DNA from: Candidatus Omnitrophota bacterium
Lineage (GTDB): Bacteria > Omnitrophota > Gorgyraeia > Gorgyraeales > Gorgyraeaceae
Length of the DNA: 64,000 bases
Direction: 5' to 3'
NCBI GenBank assembly: GCA_042572045.1
Contig: JBHPFI010000002.1
Span: 28,245 to 92,244 of the forward strand
The notes beneath the pieces are model-generated. The model made no database searches, was not told the DNA's origin, and saw only the letters and a list, made by a program, of their open reading frames with translations. Below, piece by piece: positions 55,390 through 64,000 of this stretch (within the stretch, counting starts at the first letter, position 1; each line of letters begins with the position of its first letter). Made by a program: the position numbers and the translations under genes.

Positions 55390-56685
55390 TCAATGCTGGT
55401 GCGACATAGGCGCCTTTTTTTCTTCAACGCCCACTGCTCCGCCATATGCTGCTGCTGCCACGCCTGAAATCTGACTCTGTGAATCTATAAGAAAATTTGC
55501 CTTTGTCACAACTGTTTCGCCTTTACGGATACCTTTTAAAACAGGGTAGAATTTGCTTTCCTGGCCATCAATAACACCAGTTGATTCAGGCCCAATTTCA
55601 ATGACCCTACCTTCGTATTCCTGATCGCCTTTATCGATCCATACGATCTTGCGCATGCCTGTATCCAGGACAGCATCTTTAGGAATTGCCAACACCTCTT
55701 TTTCGCCTTCTCGACCCGCATACATGCTCATAATAATCACGTCCACATACATCTCTGGTTTCAGCTTCAGGCCGGGATTATCCACCTCAGCCCTGAACCT
55801 TACTGAGCGCGTCCTTGCATCAAGCACAGGATTTATAGAAGTGACGATTCCATGAAATTCCTCGCCAGGAAAGCTCGAGGTAGCGATCTTTACCTTTTCA
55901 CCTACCTTCAGCCATCCCAACTCATATTCATATACATCTCCGTAAATCCACATCTTTTCCTCTGGCAAGATAAGGTTGGTCTGGACCTCTCTTTTCTTTT
56001 CTAACTCTACAATCTGCTCTGCGCTCAAACCCAATAGCTTTAATTTTCTCTTTGAGGACTCAACCAGATTCGATGCCCTTTCATTAATCTCTTCGACATT
56101 CCCTTGCTGGATCTTATCTAGCGCTTTTAAGCTAGTGATGAATTCCTGTTGAGCAATTGCCAACCCTGGGTCATATGCAACTCTGCCTACAGTACGGATT
56201 TCCTTGTATAGATGAATTTCTCCTATAGGCTCGGTCCGGACCCCGGCCAATCTTATCTGTTCGCCTTTTATCTTAACCTTGCTGACCACTCCTTTTAACC
56301 TCTCTGCCTCTTCTTTTGATAATTTAATTAGATCCATGCCGCATATAGGACAAGTAGTCATGCCTTCTGCGTCCTTTATCAAAAATACATGCTCTGCGCC
56401 CTCCATGCCACAGCCATAGTATTGGGCCTTGGATTCTGACTGTTTTCCTTTATGTACAGGTGTTAAATTCATATTGCAAATAGGGCAGGATTTATTACCT
56501 CTATTATACTCCTCGAGAGAGACCTTAACATCTGGGTGCATGCCGCAGGTATAGTAGGAAATCTGCGACTCATCGCTCGTCGGTTTTGACTCATCATGCT
56601 TATGTTGGCCGCAGCTTGTAAGCGTAAAAACAACGCTTAGAATAAAAACAATGGGTAATATTACAAAAATATTTTTCTTTTTCAT
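55390..56685 (-). CDS. cusB: RND periplasmic adaptor (CusB-like) with two N-terminal heavy-metal-binding modules
   Basis: 431 aa. YTCGMHPDV...CPICNM and YGCGM...CPICGM modules, followed by barrel-sandwich/beta-barrel MFP regions. Confidence 0.85.
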   Translation of the reverse strand: MKKKNIFVILPIVFILSVVFTLTSCGQHKHDESKPTSDESQISYYTCGMHPDVKVSLEEYNRGNKSCPICNMNLTPVHKGKQSESKAQYYGCGMEGAEHVFLIKDAEGMTTCPICGMDLIKLSKEEAERLKGVVSKVKIKGEQIRLAGVRTEPIGEIHLYKEIRTVGRVAYDPGLAIAQQEFITSLKALDKIQQGNVEEINERASNLVESSKRKLKLLGLSAEQIVELEKKREVQTNLILPEEKMWIYGDVYEYELGWLKVGEKVKIATSSFPGEEFHGIVTSINPVLDARTRSVRFRAEVDNPGLKLKPEMYVDVIIMSMYAGREGEKEVLAIPKDAVLDTGMRKIVWIDKGDQEYEGRVIEIGPESTGVIDGQESKFYPVLKGIRKGETVVTKANFLIDSQSQISGVAAAAYGGAVGVEEKKAPMSHQH

Positions 56686-57944
56686 TCTAGATCCCTCCCT
56701 ATCACGCGCTCCAAATACGCAATAGATTTTTCATAATCAACTATTGCCTTATAATGCGCAAGTCTTGTCTGAAGGAGCACCCTCTCAGCATCAAGCCAGT
56801 TTAGGAAATCCACCCTGGCTGTCTCGTATCCGATCCTTGCTGCCTCAAACGCCTGCTCTGCCTGCGGGACCAGTGCTGTCTTATAAAGAGATATGATATC
56901 TTTATAGGTATTTATCTTAAAATACATGTCCTCGACCTCGTACGCTACGCTATTCGCTACATTCGTATAATTCTTTTTGCTTGATTCCAAACTGAATTTT
57001 TTCTCTTTAAGCTGTGAGCCTAATTTATCGAACCATATAGGGACATTTACGCTTACTTTCCCTAACCACGCATCTTCGCCGTCATTGGGCTGCGTTGTAT
57101 GTCCCTCTCCTATACCTATATACTCCACGCCAAATGTAAAATCAGGCAGATAATCCAGCCTTGCGAGCGAGCGTTCATATTTTGCCCTCTCAATGTCCAG
57201 GCCAGCCGCGACCAACTCTTGCCTTGATCCTTTAGCAATATCATGCAAGCCCTGGAGCGCATATTTAAATTCCTCTGGTTCAACCTCACTTACAGAGTTT
57301 AATATCGTGCCCTCTGGCCTGTTGAGCAAGGCATTCATCCTTGCCTCAAGACTTTTTCTATTCTGTTTCAATAATAATAGTTTATCTATAAGCTTGGAAA
57401 GCTCTACCTGCGCCTTTATAACATCCTGCTGAGGCGCAAGATTTAATTCATATTTTCTCTGCGCTACCTTTTCAAGGCTTTCAATTATGGTCTTTTCCTC
57501 TTCTGTTATATTAATCGCCTTCTCGACCCAGAAAATATCATAGTACACAAATTTTATATCCTTTATTACTTCACGCTTTGTGGCTTCGTATTGCTGCTTG
57601 AGCATACTTGAGCGTTTAGACTGCACCTTTCCTTTGAGACTTAACTTTCCAGGGAAGGGGATCTTTTGGGCTACGCCATATTTATTTTCTTGCGGCCCGA
57701 CTCGCGTTTCAATGTTCTCGCCAAAATACGCATAGCTTGCTGTCGGGTCAGGAAGGGCATTGACATACCCTACCCTATACTCCGCTGCCTTCCATTTATC
57801 CTCTACAGCCTGTATCTTTGGATTATTATTCAGGGCTTCGTCAATGAGTGATTCAAGCGTTACTGCCCCCTCTGAATAAGCATATCCCGCAAGAGAAATT
57901 AAACCAATCACCAATATTACTAAAAAAGGTCGCCGGATAAGCAT
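56682..57944 (-). CDS. TolC-family outer membrane efflux protein (CusC-like)
   Basis: 420 aa. Signal peptide and a duplicated OEP coiled-coil/beta pattern. 4-nt overlap with cusB. Confidence 0.8.
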   Translation of the reverse strand: MLIRRPFLVILVIGLISLAGYAYSEGAVTLESLIDEALNNNPKIQAVEDKWKAAEYRVGYVNALPDPTASYAYFGENIETRVGPQENKYGVAQKIPFPGKLSLKGKVQSKRSSMLKQQYEATKREVIKDIKFVYYDIFWVEKAINITEEEKTIIESLEKVAQRKYELNLAPQQDVIKAQVELSKLIDKLLLLKQNRKSLEARMNALLNRPEGTILNSVSEVEPEEFKYALQGLHDIAKGSRQELVAAGLDIERAKYERSLARLDYLPDFTFGVEYIGIGEGHTTQPNDGEDAWLGKVSVNVPIWFDKLGSQLKEKKFSLESSKKNYTNVANSVAYEVEDMYFKINTYKDIISLYKTALVPQAEQAFEAARIGYETARVDFLNWLDAERVLLQTRLAHYKAIVDYEKSIAYLERVIGRDLE

Positions 57945-57945
57945 A

Positions 57946-58230
57946 TTAATGACTCCTCCTGAATCTCTGTATTAAACCAATAATCTCATCTATCTTTTTC
58001 TGTTTTTCAGATTCAGATTTTCCTTTTAGGGCATGAACCACACACCCGTCAATATGCTTTCTGAAGATATTGTTCTCCACTCTATAGAGCGCTCCTACGA
58101 TAGAATGGATTTGTGTGATGATATCCACGCAGTACCTCTTATCCTCGATCATCCTCTGTATTCCCTTAACCTGACCCTCGATTTTCTTTAAAGCTATCGA
58201 TTGTTCGCTGTGGGTAGTCTTTTTGTTCAT
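57946..58230 (-). CDS. csoR: CsoR/RcnR-family metal-sensing repressor
   Basis: 94 aa. LKKIEGQVKGIQRMIE and C..H..C ligand positions (YCVDI...HIDGC). First gene of the efflux operon. Confidence 0.85.
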   Translation of the reverse strand: MNKKTTHSEQSIALKKIEGQVKGIQRMIEDKRYCVDIITQIHSIVGALYRVENNIFRKHIDGCVVHALKGKSESEKQKKIDEIIGLIQRFRRSH

Positions 58231-58254
58231 CGCAATAGGTCTCCTCTCACTACA

Positions 58255-58284
58255 AGTATACCCTACCCCCCTACCCTATGTCAA
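58255..58284 (-). promoter_or_regulatory. csoR-efflux operon promoter with an embedded C/G-tract operator
   Basis: Minus strand TTGACA, the 18-nt spacer TAGGGTAGGGGGGTAGGG, then TATACT. The spacer is TAGGGTA-G6-TAGGGTA, resembling CsoR/RcnR G-tract operators. Confidence 0.7.
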
Positions 58285-58350
58285 GGGCTAAATAAAAACC
58301 CTTCCACCTCTATGACCAGGCAATTTCCAGCAGAAGGGTTAAACTAATAT

Positions 58351-58392
58351 CCTAAGTTGAGCGCTTTGTCATTTGAGACTTTTCAAGTTAAG
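58351..58392 (+). repeat. 43-nt-type palindromic element
   Basis: CCTAAGTTGAGCGCTTTGTCATTTGAGACTTTTCAAGTTAAG. Overlaps the last 8 codons and the stop of the permease gene. Confidence 0.8.
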
Positions 58393-59412
58393 CATATTCA
58401 ATAAAATACATACTAACAAAAAGCTGCTCGCTGCTATCTTAATCCACGAAGGGATAATATCGCCATGGCGCGCTATATAACTCAGCGTATCAATATTTAG
58501 AAATCGCCATATATGGTTCAACAAACCTCCCAAGGCGAGGCTACATCCTATAATCGAGGTTAAAAACACAAAAACAGTTTTTTTCCCGAACTGATTGCTG
58601 ATAACAGTAAGCGCAACTGAATTTGTCGCTGGCCCAGCCAGGAGAAATACAAATGCTGCCCCGGGGTTCATCCCTTTTAGCATCAATGCCGCTGCTATCG
58701 GGATAGAGCCGGAAGAACATACATACATAGGTATACCTATCAAAAGCATGATAATCATGGATTGCCATCCTGATCCAAGATAACGCGCTATAAATTCCTC
58801 AGGAATAAAATATGATATTACGCCTCCAATCAAAATACCTATAAGGAGCCATTTACCAACATCTTTCAAAAGCACGCCAAACGCATAACCAAAAACGCTT
58901 CTCGTCTTATCAAAAAAACTATGCCCTGATTCCGAATGGTCACCGTCTTCGCACATCTTGCACTTAGCTTTATTTTCTGAGGGCTCTTTATGTTCATCTT
59001 CTTTAAACAATATATTCGCAAATACACCTGCAAACACACCCGTGAGAAAAGAAGCGGCCACGCGAAATACAGTAAAAACCCACCCCAGCAGCGCATATGT
59101 CGCAAAAATAGAGTCAAGTCCTGTTGTCGGAGTCGAGATCAGGAATGAAAGTACGGCTCCCTTACTGGCCCCGTCTTTACGTAAAGCTAAAGCTGCAGGC
59201 ACTACCCCACATGAACATAGCGGGAGAGGTATACCGAATAAAGAGGCCTTTACTACGGATAAAAAGCTGTTTTTACCCAAATGTCTTGCGATCAGACCTT
59301 CTTTCATAAAGATATGCAAAACCCCGGCAAAGAAAAAACCAAAAACCAGGTAAATAGACATCTTGTTCAGCAAGAGATACGCTTCTTTAAAAATACCGAG
59401 GAGGGTTTCCAT
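58369..59412 (-). CDS. DUF318/ArsP-like permease (putative metal or metalloid efflux)
   Basis: 347 aa. Two 4-TM halves, a LPLCSCGVVP motif, and a central cytoplasmic loop rich in Cys/His/Asp (CKMCEDGDHSESGHS). The last 8 codons lie in a repeat element. Confidence 0.7.
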   Translation of the reverse strand: METLLGIFKEAYLLLNKMSIYLVFGFFFAGVLHIFMKEGLIARHLGKNSFLSVVKASLFGIPLPLCSCGVVPAALALRKDGASKGAVLSFLISTPTTGLDSIFATYALLGWVFTVFRVAASFLTGVFAGVFANILFKEDEHKEPSENKAKCKMCEDGDHSESGHSFFDKTRSVFGYAFGVLLKDVGKWLLIGILIGGVISYFIPEEFIARYLGSGWQSMIIMLLIGIPMYVCSSGSIPIAAALMLKGMNPGAAFVFLLAGPATNSVALTVISNQFGKKTVFVFLTSIIGCSLALGGLLNHIWRFLNIDTLSYIARHGDIIPSWIKIAASSFLLVCILLNMLNLKSLK

Positions 59413-59437
59413 CTAAACATTCCTTTTATCTTACTGA

Positions 59438-60076
59438 TTATTTAAAAATAAAGCCTGTCTCGCTGGACCAGAACAAAAGGTCTATATCTTCAAGGGGAAT
59501 GCTGACTTTTCGCGAGAACCGTCTCATTTTCTCCTCTATATCCAGGTAGGCCTTTCTGTTGAGCGAAGGCGGGATTTTTTTTATAACCTTGCATATTTTT
59601 AGATTCCTCAAGATATGTACATCCAATATAGCCATGTCTCTACCAAGGCCTATATTACGCAAGAAATGGCTCGCCTCTTTATACCCCAATCCTTTTACGT
59701 TACTGGCAAGCCAATCCCTTGTTTTAAACAATTCTTTAATATCCAACTTATCTTTTATCTTTATTCCTTTGCAATTCTTGAAAAGATTTCTTGCGCTAAC
59801 CAAATATCTGGCTTTATTATTAGGGAAGCGCACGCCTCTTAAATATGGCTTAATATCTTCTTCCCTTCCCTCAAAAAGCAGCCTTTTCCTTTTTAGCTCC
59901 TTGATCGCCTTATCACACACCAAAGCCTTTGCCTGCGGGGTCAATAGACAAAAACATAATTCTGCAAAAATGACCTTATCGCTGGCTTTACATAATCCCC
60001 TAAACTCTCTCAGTCTTTGCTTTATATGCCTTTTTTTTCTTTTATATTCTGATATTAAACCAAATCTTCTCGACAT
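59438..60076 (-). CDS. 8-oxoguanine DNA glycosylase / N-glycosylase-DNA lyase (Ogg2-type, HhH-GPD)
   Basis: 212 aa. NVKGLGYKEASHFLRNIG helix-hairpin-helix and ILDVH catalytic Asp region. Confidence 0.7.
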   Translation of the reverse strand: MSRRFGLISEYKRKKRHIKQRLREFRGLCKASDKVIFAELCFCLLTPQAKALVCDKAIKELKRKRLLFEGREEDIKPYLRGVRFPNNKARYLVSARNLFKNCKGIKIKDKLDIKELFKTRDWLASNVKGLGYKEASHFLRNIGLGRDMAILDVHILRNLKICKVIKKIPPSLNRKAYLDIEEKMRRFSRKVSIPLEDIDLLFWSSETGFIFK

Positions 60077-60118
60077 CTCTCTTATCCAGCCAATAACAAA
60101 AGCGCCAAACTAGAATAA

Positions 60119-60610
60119 TTATTTTATTTTATCAGCTGCCTCTTCTATTGAATGCCCAAAATATATAATCTGCCAGTCCTTATTAATAGCAATAATCGTA
60201 GGTATGCCCCTGACTCCGTATGAGCGCGCTACTCCTGTATCTAAATCCAGGCCTATCGGATATGATATGCCGGCTTCCTGTATAAATTTTGACACCTTGA
60301 CTTTGCTCTCTCCTGAATTAACGCCTACGACCGCAATCTTATCCTTATTTTCCTTATAGAATGCCTCTACATGAGGCATCTCTTTTCTGCAGTGGGGGCA
60401 CCAGGTGGCCCAAAATACTAAAACCGCTTTCCTTTCTTTTAATAAATCCGATAAAATTATTTCCTCGCCGCTTATCGCTTCCAAGGTAAAATCGATGGCC
60501 TTCTTATATTGCGCTTCCTGCGAATAGACGCCTGAAGTAAAAGCTAAATTGATTGCCAGCGATATTACTGCTAACATAAAAACTTTAAGTATAATATTTT
60601 TCATGCTCAT
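60119..60610 (-). CDS. TlpA/ResA-like periplasmic thiol-disulfide oxidoreductase
   Basis: 163 aa. Signal anchor, WATWCPHC active site, and GIPT cis-Pro loop. Confidence 0.85.
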   Translation of the reverse strand: MSMKNIILKVFMLAVISLAINLAFTSGVYSQEAQYKKAIDFTLEAISGEEIILSDLLKERKAVLVFWATWCPHCRKEMPHVEAFYKENKDKIAVVGVNSGESKVKVSKFIQEAGISYPIGLDLDTGVARSYGVRGIPTIIAINKDWQIIYFGHSIEEAADKIK

Positions 60611-60617
60611 CTCCTTT

Positions 60618-61316
60618 TTAAATATTTAAAAACCCTGCCCTAAATATAAAATATTCGCCCAAAAGAATCATGCTAAAAGCTATGATCTTTTCTATCGTAT
60701 GCATTAATTTCTGTGACCTGGGTAAAACCGCCAACATGCCTGTAAAGGTGCCGATGAGTATTAAAACCGTCCCCAGGCCCATTGCAAACGTGAAAAGCAG
60801 GGTAGATCCGAATAGTATGTTTTGCGTTGTAGCGACATAAGCCAAAAGCGCGCCTAAAACAGCTGCCGTACACGGCGCAGCAATAAATCCAGAAGCAACT
60901 CCCATAAAAAACACCGAAAATACCGAACCGCCCTTGATCACCCTTCCCGCACCCAGCTTGTTTAACAAAAAAGTCGGAATGGTAATGACATTAAGAAGCA
61001 CCAGTCCAAAGAAAATCAAGACATTGCCGACGATTAAATGAGCCAAAGGGCTGGTTTGCAACTGGCCGAATAATCTCCCTGTCATAGCGGCAACCATTCC
61101 CAGTATAGAAAATGTAAACGCTGTGCCTAAAACATAAATAAAAGACAAAATGAAATTTTTCCATCTGGACTTTTCCTTGCTCGCTCCAATTATACCTACT
61201 ATTATAGGTATAAGCGGATAGACACAGGGTGTAAAAGAAGCTGTTATACCTGCCAAGAGAACAACGATGTATGTTATACCTGAAATATTGATAAAATAAT
61301 CCTGAATATTTCCCAT
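60618..61316 (-). CDS. ccdA: CcdA/DsbD-type transmembrane thiol-disulfide electron transporter
   Basis: 232 aa with six TM helices and conserved Cys in TM1 (FTPCVYP) and TM4 (AAPCTA). Confidence 0.85.
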   Translation of the reverse strand: MGNIQDYFINISGITYIVVLLAGITASFTPCVYPLIPIIVGIIGASKEKSRWKNFILSFIYVLGTAFTFSILGMVAAMTGRLFGQLQTSPLAHLIVGNVLIFFGLVLLNVITIPTFLLNKLGAGRVIKGGSVFSVFFMGVASGFIAAPCTAAVLGALLAYVATTQNILFGSTLLFTFAMGLGTVLILIGTFTGMLAVLPRSQKLMHTIEKIIAFSMILLGEYFIFRAGFLNI

Positions 61317-62231
61317 TTAAAACCTATGCGTGTTTAAATATTTAAATGCACTCAGGGCTGCCTTTGAGCCTTCGCCGGCAGCGATTATTATTTGTTTTTC
61401 TGCTACATCCGTGACATCGCCTGCCGCAAAGATACCTGAAACATTGGTTTCGTTCCGAGAGTTTACCTTGATTTCCTTTGAGATATTCTTGTCCAGGGCA
61501 TTTATAAATTCTGAGTTGGGGACAAGGCCTATTTCCACAAAAATCCCTTCCACTGCGAGACTTTCTTCCTTTTTGTCCTTCTCTACCTTAATTGAATCAA
61601 CGAAACTTTTCCCCAAAACAGCAGTCACCCGGCTATTGTTCAGGATAGAAACCTTTTTGTTCTGCCTTACTTTTTCTAACATCACCTCATCCCCGTTCAG
61701 GCTCGAGGTTATATTTATAATATATACGCGATTAGCTATATTTATAAGCTGTAACACTGCGTCTAAGGCAGAATTCCCTCCTCCTATAACAGCCACGTCC
61801 TTTCCTGAAAAGAGCGGCCCGTCACATGTAGCGCAATAAGTAAGACCCTTATTTTTAAACTCCTTCTCTCCCGTAACTCCTAATTCCCTTGATCTCTTGC
61901 CAGAGGAGACTATAACTGTTTTTGACTGATAATTGCTTTTATCAGTTTTAACAAAAACTAGGTCCTTTTTCTTTGCCACTTCCAGCGCTTCTTCATTTTC
62001 TTTTATCTCAAAGTTATATTTACGCATGTGCTCTTCAAATTTTATAGCAAGCTCCGGACCTGTAACAAACTGGTACCCCGTATAATTTTCAATATCGCCG
62101 CTCAATGCTGCCTGGCCTCCGATATCCTTACTGATGACTAAAAATCGCATCTTCTTGCGGGCTGCGTATACTGCGGCCGTAATGCCGCTAGGCCCAGCTC
62201 CAATAATGATAAGGTCATACACAATAGACAT
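61317..62231 (-). CDS. Thioredoxin-reductase-like FAD-dependent disulfide reductase (second copy)
   Basis: 304 aa. GAGPSG, CATCDG and GGGNSA motifs. Abuts ccdA with no gap and follows a glutaredoxin-like gene. Confidence 0.8.
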   Translation of the reverse strand: MSIVYDLIIIGAGPSGITAAVYAARKKMRFLVISKDIGGQAALSGDIENYTGYQFVTGPELAIKFEEHMRKYNFEIKENEEALEVAKKKDLVFVKTDKSNYQSKTVIVSSGKRSRELGVTGEKEFKNKGLTYCATCDGPLFSGKDVAVIGGGNSALDAVLQLINIANRVYIINITSSLNGDEVMLEKVRQNKKVSILNNSRVTAVLGKSFVDSIKVEKDKKEESLAVEGIFVEIGLVPNSEFINALDKNISKEIKVNSRNETNVSGIFAAGDVTDVAEKQIIIAAGEGSKAALSAFKYLNTHRF

Positions 62232-62237
62232 ATTCTT

Positions 62238-62474
62238 TTATAATCCTAAAGTGGCTTGTATCTTGGCCTTGTCAAACCCTACGATAATCTCGCCGTCGAT
62301 ATCCAGCACAGGAACGCCCATCTGTCCTGATTTTTGAACCATCTCCTGCGACCTTTTCTGATCAGCGCCAACATCAACATCCTCGAATACAATACTATGC
62401 TCTTTTAAGAATTGTTTTGCCCTGACGCAGTACGGGCACGTTGGAGTGCTATAGACTATGACTTTTTTGTCCAT
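62238..62474 (-). CDS. Glutaredoxin/NrdH-like small redoxin
   Basis: 78 aa. TPTCPYC active site and GVPVL cis-Pro region. Confidence 0.85.
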   Translation of the reverse strand: MDKKVIVYSTPTCPYCVRAKQFLKEHSIVFEDVDVGADQKRSQEMVQKSGQMGVPVLDIDGEIIVGFDKAKIQATLGL

Positions 62475-62492
62475 TTTGCACGCTCCCTTCTA

Positions 62493-62978
62493 CTATAGAG
62501 TGTTTTTTAGTTCAGATAGTTTCTTCAGGTGTTCCTGCTCCTGCGCGATCAGCCCACCTATAACTTTAAGCTCATGTTCCGGCGCTACCTTTTTCATGCC
62601 TTCATAGAAAACAATAGAGTCTTTTTCAAACCCTATGCCCAATTCGATCGCTTCCTTGTCGCTCTTCGCTCCCTTGGCCATCTCGATTCCCTTGTCTTTT
62701 TTAGTAAATACATGCTCGCTGGCCAGAGAATTCATATAGGCAAAATATTCTCCTGGAAACGCCTCTTGCGGCTCGTATTTCTTCACAGAATCCAGCACCT
62801 TCTGAAAGGATGCAATGTGCCTTTCCTCTTCTGAAGCTAAATGCTTAAAAATATCTTTAGCTTTTTCATTCTTGGACTGAGCGCTCAGAACGTTGTAGAA
62901 ATCTCTGCCGTTTTTTTCAATCTGTATTCCTATCTCTACTACCTCGCTTCCGGAAAATATATTACCCATAAAAGACAC
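62493..62978 (-). CDS. Ferritin-like diiron protein (rubrerythrin N-domain-like)
   Basis: 161 aa four-helix pattern with two ExxH motifs (EEERH, EQEH). Confidence 0.7.
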   Translation of the reverse strand: MSFMGNIFSGSEVVEIGIQIEKNGRDFYNVLSAQSKNEKAKDIFKHLASEEERHIASFQKVLDSVKKYEPQEAFPGEYFAYMNSLASEHVFTKKDKGIEMAKGAKSDKEAIELGIGFEKDSIVFYEGMKKVAPEHELKVIGGLIAQEQEHLKKLSELKNTL

Positions 62979-62990
62979 CGCCTCTCTTTT

Positions 62991-63116
62991 TTAACCCTCT
63001 CTCTTTTCCATGGGCTGGTTGCAACAGACAAGTTCCCCACCGCCTACCTTTGTCACAATAACTTCATTGCCACAAATATTACACTTATATTTTTCACCTA
63101 TATTCTCTACTGCCAT
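62991..63116 (-). CDS. Desulforedoxin
   Basis: 41 aa from the ATG at 63116, with GGAGG 9 nt upstream. CNICG...CC signature with adjacent cysteines. The longer track ORF would overlap the SOR gene. Confidence 0.75.
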   Translation of the reverse strand: MAVENIGEKYKCNICGNEVIVTKVGGGELVCCNQPMEKREG

Positions 63117-63156
63117 AAGAGAAGCCTCCTGTGTTCTTCTACTCTCCTTCTTATCT

Positions 63157-63606
63157 TTACAAAGCCTCTTCGCTAATCCACGCCCCATGTAGATTGCAAA
63201 GTTCTATTGCAGTAAGTTTTCCGCCTTTTGCTTTAAGATGGAGCGCGGCAGCTGGATTTAGTTTGCCGGGCGTCAAGATGACCCTTGATATAAACTCATT
63301 ATCAATATAAAAATCTATGTGCAGGATGTTGTGTTCTGCCTGCATAGGATGCTGTATCTCCCCCACTTTTACATGCGCGTCCTGACACCCTTCAGGTATT
63401 AATCCGCATTTTTTTACTACTGTAATAACGGGTGTGTGTTTTCTCTCTGACTCATTAAGATTCTTCGCATCCGCAGGCGTCTTAATAGCATCTTCCTTTT
63501 TATCAAAAGACGTCTTCGGAGCATGACAAACCGGACAGTTTTCAGGAGCGCTGCCGTTTATCGATATATAACCGCAAACCTTACATACAAACCCTTTCAT
63601 TTTCAA
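63157..63606 (-). CDS. Superoxide reductase with an N-terminal rubredoxin-type Cys4 domain
   Basis: 149 aa. N-terminal CKVCGY...CPVC, then SOR ligand motifs KHTPV, HPM..EH.I.H and CNLHGAW. Confidence 0.8.
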   Translation of the reverse strand: MKMKGFVCKVCGYISINGSAPENCPVCHAPKTSFDKKEDAIKTPADAKNLNESERKHTPVITVVKKCGLIPEGCQDAHVKVGEIQHPMQAEHNILHIDFYIDNEFISRVILTPGKLNPAAALHLKAKGGKLTAIELCNLHGAWISEEAL

Positions 63607-63655
63607 CCTCCTTCTTTATAGCTAAGTGTATTATCCTAATAAGTGACTACTAAGC

Positions 63656-64000
63656 TTAATAGTTCTCGCAGAGAAGTTCATAAAACGCCTGCGGATGCGC
63701 GCAGGCAGGGCACTTATCCGGCGCTTCTTTCCCCTCATGTACATATCCGCAATTGCGGCATTTCCATTTAACTGCTTTATCTCTCTTAAAAACCTTTCCT
63801 TCTTTTATATTTTTAGCTAAAACCCTATACCTCTTTTCGTGTTCCGCTTCTACTTCTGCTATCTCTTTAAATTGTTCGGCTATCTCTTTAAAACCCTCTT
63901 GAGCTGCCACCTCTCCCGCTTCTTTGTAGAGCTTTGTCCACTCAAGATTTTCACCTGCAGCAGATGCCTCTAAGTTTTGAACGGTATTTCCTATAATACC
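63656..64000 (-). CDS. rbr: Rubrerythrin (C-terminal part; gene continues beyond the window)
   Basis: The frame stays open to 64000 (GNTVQNLEASAAGENLEWTKLY...). C-terminal rubredoxin-like CRNCGY...CPAC. The track Met at 63910 is an internal GTG. Confidence 0.85.
   Translation of the reverse strand, partial: GIIGNTVQNLEASAAGENLEWTKLYKEAGEVAAQEGFKEIAEQFKEIAEVEAEHEKRYRVLAKNIKEGKVFKRDKAVKWKCRNCGYVHEGKEAPDKCPACAHPQAFYELLCENY

Overview
This is a dense, moderately AT-rich stretch of bacterial chromosome with about 67 CDS, mostly Shine-Dalgarno-led, with short gaps and many 4-nt start/stop overlaps. Gene content points to a strict anaerobe from a poorly characterised lineage; taxonomy cannot be set from the sequence alone.

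Left to right, the window contains:
- fur-feoA-feoB iron uptake with a Fur-box palindrome
- Housekeeping genes: tal, nth, trxB, yggS, maf, fba
- An agmatinase plus deoxyhypusine-synthase-like polyamine pair
- A PAS/HD-GYP protein followed by a radical-SAM-rich operon (B12-rSAM, two SPL/COG1533-type rSAMs, a DUF362-ferredoxin and a nucleoside-phosphorylase-fold protein)
- A convergent membrane polyferredoxin plus DUF362 pair
- A TPM/LemA set and a GH94-like phosphorylase
- A four-gene minus-strand block: AlaDH/CEOS-like, KamA-like, deacetylase-like and ArsC
- A Ski2-like helicase
- A homospermidine synthase plus ornithine decarboxylase pair
- A PilZ protein with a two-kinase, three-receiver signalling cluster
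- A highly repetitive secreted protein next to tatC
- A TPP-riboswitch-controlled thiM-thiE-thi4 operon
- A CsoR-controlled CusCBA-type efflux operon with a YHS protein
- A thiol/oxidative-stress cluster: TlpA, CcdA, a TrxR-like protein, Grx, ferritin-like protein, desulforedoxin, SOR and rubrerythrin

I saw no rRNA, tRNA, CRISPR array, transposase, integrase or phage gene.

The most unusual signals are:
1. A dispersed family of at least 10 intergenic palindromic elements with conserved termini CCTRACTTGA...TCAAGTYAGG.
2. An inverted pair of the 43-nt form of that element, sitting exactly at the two strand-switch points around the 3.4-kb four-gene block.
3. The self-contained radical-SAM operon.
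4. The mirror-symmetric low-complexity secreted protein.

All functional calls rest on motif recognition by eye. No database search was run.
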